Assembly (NCBI GenBank): GCA_021734445.1
Contig: JAIPIY010000001.1
Location: 31,849-95,848 of the forward strand
Direction: 5' to 3'
DNA: 64,000 nt
Source of the DNA: Minisyncoccota bacterium
GTDB lineage: Bacteria > Patescibacteriota > Minisyncoccia > Phycocordibacterales > UBA1006
Below, piece by piece: positions 59,762-64,000 of the stretch. Made by a program: the position numbers and the translations under genes. The notes under the pieces were generated by a model. That model was not told where the DNA came from and searched no databases. It saw nothing but the letters and a program-made list of their open reading frames with translations. The first letter of the stretch is position 1. The number at the start of each line of letters is the position of its first letter.

Positions 59762-60537
59762 ATATATTCTGCAATACGTCGTGATGTTTTTTTAAACAAA
59801 AGAATGCTGAGAACCAGAAATCCTATACAAGCCAATACCATAATAATAACATGATGTGTTTGTGCAAATAAATCAGAAATGAGTCCCTGTTTAGAAAAAT
59901 GAATAATAAATGCAAGAGGACTGACAAGTAACCATCGGTGCAAATATTCTGGTAACATCACCAGTGGATACACGATAGGTGATGCATACATTAATATCGA
60001 TACAAGAACCTCCCATATCATAGAAACATCCCGAAACCGAACAAATAAAGGGGCTAAAATAAATGAACAGGCAAGAATGAAAATATACAATAAAATAATA
60101 GAACCCAAAAAGAATATTATTCCACCTACGCTTGGCATTTTTCCATAATAGATAAAAAATCCAACTACCACGACCAAATTAGTAATAAATACTAACAAAG
60201 AATGTAATGTTGACGATACAACCAATGTCCATCGGGGCAAAGCAATTTTGGTTACCAATTGTCCTTTTGATAACAATGCAGACATTCCCGATGATGTTCC
60301 CTCTGCAAAAAAATTAAACATTAAAAATGCGGTTAACAATTCCAGGGTATAAAAAGGAGTACCCATGTTTTTAAAATTAAAAATAGAACTGAAAACAAAA
60401 TTTAATACCAAAAAAAACAACAGCGGTTTCAATAATGCCCAAATATACCCCAGCCAAGAATTTTGATATCGCAAAAGAAAATCCGTCTTTGCAAGACGTA
60501 TAATTAATTCTTTATAAGTAAACAATGAAGATAACAT
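59758..60537 (-). CDS. wzm: ABC-2 family polysaccharide exporter permease (Wzm)
   Basis: 6 TM helices, ABC-2 topology. Start overlaps the wzt stop by 4 nt. Confidence 0.75.
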   Translation of the reverse strand: MLSSLFTYKELIIRLAKTDFLLRYQNSWLGYIWALLKPLLFFLVLNFVFSSIFNFKNMGTPFYTLELLTAFLMFNFFAEGTSSGMSALLSKGQLVTKIALPRWTLVVSSTLHSLLVFITNLVVVVGFFIYYGKMPSVGGIIFFLGSIILLYIFILACSFILAPLFVRFRDVSMIWEVLVSILMYASPIVYPLVMLPEYLHRWLLVSPLAFIIHFSKQGLISDLFAQTHHVIIMVLACIGFLVLSILLFKKTSRRIAEYI

Positions 60538-60543
60538 ATATGA

Positions 60544-61677
60544 TTAACAAAGATACTTTTCCAGTATACCAGAAATTACTGATCGGTGAGTAACGGTAAT
60601 CTCTCCTGTTCTTTCTTTAATGTTCTCTGTCAGAGATACATTTTTCACCATAAGAAGATGTTTCAAAGATTCTCTGCTATATCCAATAGGAAACAAGTCC
60701 TGGGTATACCACATATTCGTATCAGTATTTTGTGTAATAATGGGTACACCATAGATCATTGCATTTACAATCTTACCACTACCCTGCAGAGAATCTTTTT
60801 GCTTTGGATCGATACACACACCGGCAATTGATAACAGTTCAGATAAGGTATTTGCTGATAACGGACTTATGACAGTGTATGCATCTTTAGGGATATCATT
60901 TGGAATGAGTAACATTTTCGCAGGACCACCTGCAATGACCCAAAACACATCTTTATTTTCTCGTATCATATTCCAGACAGCAGATACATTTTTATCAAAT
61001 GAAAACCCTCCTGCATATACAACAATAGGTACATCAGATGGAAGATGATATTTTTGATATATAGTATTTTTGTCATGTGTGTGCAATTCTACAGATGGCA
61101 CATCAGGTAAAAATACCACCCGATCTATACGAAATTCTTGTATATGCGCCATTAATTCTAATGAACTGGTCGTACACAGGGCTGGCAATGTATATATCCA
61201 TGCCTCGATTCGAGATACTATTTTTTTCACTATATTATTATGTATATTGAGTTCTTTTACCAACCCTCCATGAAAATCACCAATGATTTCAATATTTTTC
61301 CAAAAAAATATTCTTTTACACAGCCAACCAATACATACACCCTCGTAAAGATGTGCATAGATACAAATATTTTTTTGCTGTGATTGTATAATATTTTTAA
61401 TCAACGTATTTAATAACAAAACATCAAATAAAAAACGTGACCAATGAAAACCCATTGGCAGTGTATTGATCCAAAACAAAGGATTCCAACATCTGACAAC
61501 AGAAATATGTTTCGGTGTTTCCCCAAAAGGATACGTGTATACCGTAGCATTATATCCCAAATCCAAAAGTGTTTTTACAAAAGCATACACACGAAAAGAA
61601 GTCCCTCGAGATGAAAGAAATACCGTCGGGGCAACCACAAATATAGAGGTATTTTTTTTCATCTCTTTTTGCTTCAT
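60544..61677 (-). CDS. GT-B fold glycosyltransferase (GT4-like)
   Basis: Two Rossmann-like halves; IVVYAGGFSFDKN...IAGGP; C-terminal IYGVPIITQNTD. 377 aa. Confidence 0.5.
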   Translation of the reverse strand: MKQKEMKKNTSIFVVAPTVFLSSRGTSFRVYAFVKTLLDLGYNATVYTYPFGETPKHISVVRCWNPLFWINTLPMGFHWSRFLFDVLLLNTLIKNIIQSQQKNICIYAHLYEGVCIGWLCKRIFFWKNIEIIGDFHGGLVKELNIHNNIVKKIVSRIEAWIYTLPALCTTSSLELMAHIQEFRIDRVVFLPDVPSVELHTHDKNTIYQKYHLPSDVPIVVYAGGFSFDKNVSAVWNMIRENKDVFWVIAGGPAKMLLIPNDIPKDAYTVISPLSANTLSELLSIAGVCIDPKQKDSLQGSGKIVNAMIYGVPIITQNTDTNMWYTQDLFPIGYSRESLKHLLMVKNVSLTENIKERTGEITVTHRSVISGILEKYLC

Positions 61678-61751
61678 ATATATAATATGAATGATTATAT
61701 ACTATATTTTTAAATATATCTCATCTATACCAAAATTCACCATAGGTAAAA

Positions 61752-61782
61752 AATAAAAGCAACAGAGGTTGCTTTTATTTTT
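61752..61782. terminator. Bidirectional terminator
   Basis: AAAAGCAAC-AGAG-GTTGCTTTTATTTTT. Confidence 0.5.
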
Positions 61783-61804
61783 AGTACTATCTGTGATGTA
61801 GATA

Positions 61805-62860
61805 TTATCTACCCAATAATGCTTTTATAACTGCAAGAGTTTTTGGACCAACGATACCATCTACAGTAAGTCCATGTTTTTCTTGGAATTTTTTTACTGC
61901 TGCATCTGTCAAGGGACCAAAATATCTTGTTTCGTTTCCAGGTGATCCGGCACCAACTACTGCAAGTTGTGTCGCAGGGTCACTGTTAAGGAATTGTTGA
62001 AGTTTCAGAACATCATCTCCTAACATGGAAATACGTAATGTTCTTTCAAGTATTTCTGATAGATTCATATCACCCCCCAGAGATTGTAATTGAGCTTGAA
62101 GAATTGCAACCATATGGAGCAATAATCCACGTAGTTGATTTTGCAATGTTGGAACATCAGATGATAATAGTATTGGATTAATAGCTGAACTACTTCCTCC
62201 TGAAGAACCACCTCCGCCACCAGAACTACATGCAGAAGTTGATTTAGTTGTAGCGTTATTATTCCATATATTTCCACCAGCATCTTCAGATAATACACGA
62301 ACATCATATTCAGTACCACAAGTAAGACCGGTAATAGTTACCGTATATTCATCAGCTGTTTCTAATTCAGGATCAGTAGATGCATCATAGTCACCTTCAC
62401 CATATTCTACAGAGTTTGTTGCAGTATAGGTTGTTGTATAGGTAACAGCAAGAGTTGTTTTTGTTGTATCAATAGAATTAATCACTGCAGATCCATCGTC
62501 TCCAAAGAATCCATAGTCACTGTAATTATTTACACCAGATTTAAAACTGTAACCATATCCATATCCATCACCATTATCATAACCATAACCATAACCATAA
62601 CCAAACTCCAACAGAGGAAGTGTTGTTCGATAGAACTGTGCATAGGCAACAGCACCGCCGGCAAATGCAAAAATCATACCTAATACAAGCATTTTTTGTA
62701 TTGAAATATTTAGCCCACGTAATGTATTTTTAATATTCATAATCTTTTTCTTTATATTGTTATTAATGGCACTTTGCACAAGATACTTATAGTATAGGCA
62801 ATTTTTGAATATAAAACAAGAAGTTATCCACAGTTTTGCATAAAACAAAATTAACCCCAA
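61805..62860 (-). CDS. Secreted GY-repeat protein with Gly/Ser linker and C-terminal peptidoglycan-binding domain
   Basis: Signal peptide then [35 protein letters not shown]; central beta-rich domain; SSGGGGGSSGGSSS linker; C-terminal PG_binding_1 (TRYFGPLTDAAVKKFQEKHGLTVDGIVGPKTLAVIKAL). Confidence 0.55.
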   Translation of the reverse strand: MGLILFYAKLWITSCFIFKNCLYYKYLVQSAINNNIKKKIMNIKNTLRGLNISIQKMLVLGMIFAFAGGAVAYAQFYRTTLPLLEFGYGYGYGYDNGDGYGYGYSFKSGVNNYSDYGFFGDDGSAVINSIDTTKTTLAVTYTTTYTATNSVEYGEGDYDASTDPELETADEYTVTITGLTCGTEYDVRVLSEDAGGNIWNNNATTKSTSACSSGGGGGSSGGSSSAINPILLSSDVPTLQNQLRGLLLHMVAILQAQLQSLGGDMNLSEILERTLRISMLGDDVLKLQQFLNSDPATQLAVVGAGSPGNETRYFGPLTDAAVKKFQEKHGLTVDGIVGPKTLAVIKALLGR

Positions 62861-62900
62861 AACTACAATAAATCATAAAAAAGTGTATACTAAAAACGCA

Positions 62901-64000
62901 ATGAGTACACAACACCAATCATGGCATACCTATGTATTTCTCATCCTCTTTTTCTTGATATTGGTCGGAGGGGCTTTTTTACGTTTTTACAAATTAGGAC
63001 ATCAGTCATTATGGATTGACGAAGGGTATTCCATCAACGCCAGTCAGGCAGTACTAGACCATGGATACCCGACATTGGATTCCGGTGAAAATTATACTGG
63101 TCATATATTCTCCACCTACATCATTGCGGGTTCTATGCAATTATTTGGTTTTGAACCCTATTCCCCATGGAGCGCCCGATTACCTTCGGTGTTATTTGGC
63201 ATCGGCGTTATATTCATGACCTACATGTTTGCCTACCGATTAACAGAAAACCGCTGGGTCGCATTGGGGGCAATGTTATTTGTCGCATTTTTGCCCTGGG
63301 AAATTGCCTGGTCACGTCAAGCCCGCGGATATGTGATGTTACAATTTTTCCTTCTTTTGACATTTGATAAACTGATATACATTATCAAAAGCATTCATAC
63401 AGATGATTTTAAAAATAAATTACAGCATCTGGGATTATTATTATTGTATGCCATTTTAGGTTTTCTCAGTCACGGAATCGGTATCGCATTTATTATACCC
63501 ATTGTCATACTATTGGGAATAGTAGTATATACACAGAGAAAAAATAGCTCACCTTGGTTATGGATGACAACCGCGATTATGGGTGCTTATGTTTTGTATC
63601 GTGGAATTAAATATGTATTTAATGTATCTCTTGAAAATTATTTTTCTTCTTATGCGCATTTTCTGCTACAACAGTATCCACTAGAAACAGTGTTTACCAT
63701 TGTTGGTATTATCAGCATGTTTTTCTTTGCCCAGAAAAAAATCAACGCCGTATGTATTACCGCAGGCATTGGTATTCCTGTTATTGTTTTGTCTTTGTAT
63801 ACATCAATACAGATGCGCTATTTAGTACCCTTGATACCCTTTTTAGGTAGTATGATTTCTTATGGAATATATAATACGATTGATCTATCTCAAAAAACAT
63901 TCTTTCCTGATTTTAATAGAAAACATATAATTGGATGCATCAGCATGGTTGGGATTATTCTATTATTGGTATTACAGCCTGCATCATTTATCCCCCAATC
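62901..64000 (+). CDS. GT39/ArnT-like glycosyltransferase paralog (3' end outside window)
   Basis: MSTQHQSWHTYVFLILFFLILVGGAFLRFYKLGHQSLWIDEGYSINASQ...FGFEPYSPWSARLPSVLFG...LPWEIAWSRQARGYVMLQFFLL: a clear paralog of 51895..53376. The frame is open to the window end and it is absent from the ORF track. Confidence 0.7.
   Translation, partial: MSTQHQSWHTYVFLILFFLILVGGAFLRFYKLGHQSLWIDEGYSINASQAVLDHGYPTLDSGENYTGHIFSTYIIAGSMQLFGFEPYSPWSARLPSVLFGIGVIFMTYMFAYRLTENRWVALGAMLFVAFLPWEIAWSRQARGYVMLQFFLLLTFDKLIYIIKSIHTDDFKNKLQHLGLLLLYAILGFLSHGIGIAFIIPIVILLGIVVYTQRKNSSPWLWMTTAIMGAYVLYRGIKYVFNVSLENYFSSYAHFLLQQYPLETVFTIVGIISMFFFAQKKINAVCITAGIGIPVIVLSLYTSIQMRYLVPLIPFLGSMISYGIYNTIDLSQKTFFPDFNRKHIIGCISMVGIILLLVLQPASFIPQ

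Overview
AT-rich window (roughly 35-40% GC by eye), densely coded, from a small-genome bacterium. Several traits point to a Candidate Phyla Radiation / Patescibacteria-like organism: an spc ribosomal block with no L30, archaeal-type UMP and CMP kinases, and many giant secreted proteins. Reading left to right: a partial sensor kinase with a stand-alone receiver, recG, a PG-binding secreted protein, mscL, a possible structured RNA, tRNA-Ile with a UAU anticodon, and ftsH. Next come smpB and ssrA (tmRNA), then a cluster of degenerate copies of the ssrA 3' end and a small accessory stretch (methyltransferase, NUDIX, minimal SET-domain protein), then truB and a surface protein. After that: infC-rpmI-rplT, a LOG-family protein, a beta-CASP MBL RNase, ndk, an orphan VirD4/HerA-like ATPase, and map-pyrH-adk. 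The spc operon (rpsN-rpsH-rplF-rplR-rpsE-rplO-secY) starts at S14 from its own consensus promoter, and a GLUG surface protein plus cmk sit between secY and adk. A long minus-strand array follows: nucleotide kinase, NUDIX, murC, an alpha/beta hydrolase, murD, murE, alr, a nucleotidyltransferase, a roughly 1000-aa tail-fibre-like surface protein with a peptidase-S74 chaperone domain, a phosphohexomutase, and a class I RNR in which the ATP-cone is on NrdB. The last ~16 kb is an envelope-glycan locus. It holds two divergent pairs of a GY-repeat giant surface protein with a GT39 glycosyltransferase. Between them sit a putative GT, a 1019-aa WbbB-like fusion (Stf0-type sulfotransferase, coiled coil, RgpF-like and second GT domains), a second sulfotransferase, a Wzm/Wzt ABC exporter and a GT4. 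I found no CRISPR array, no integrase or transposase, and no reverse transcriptase.
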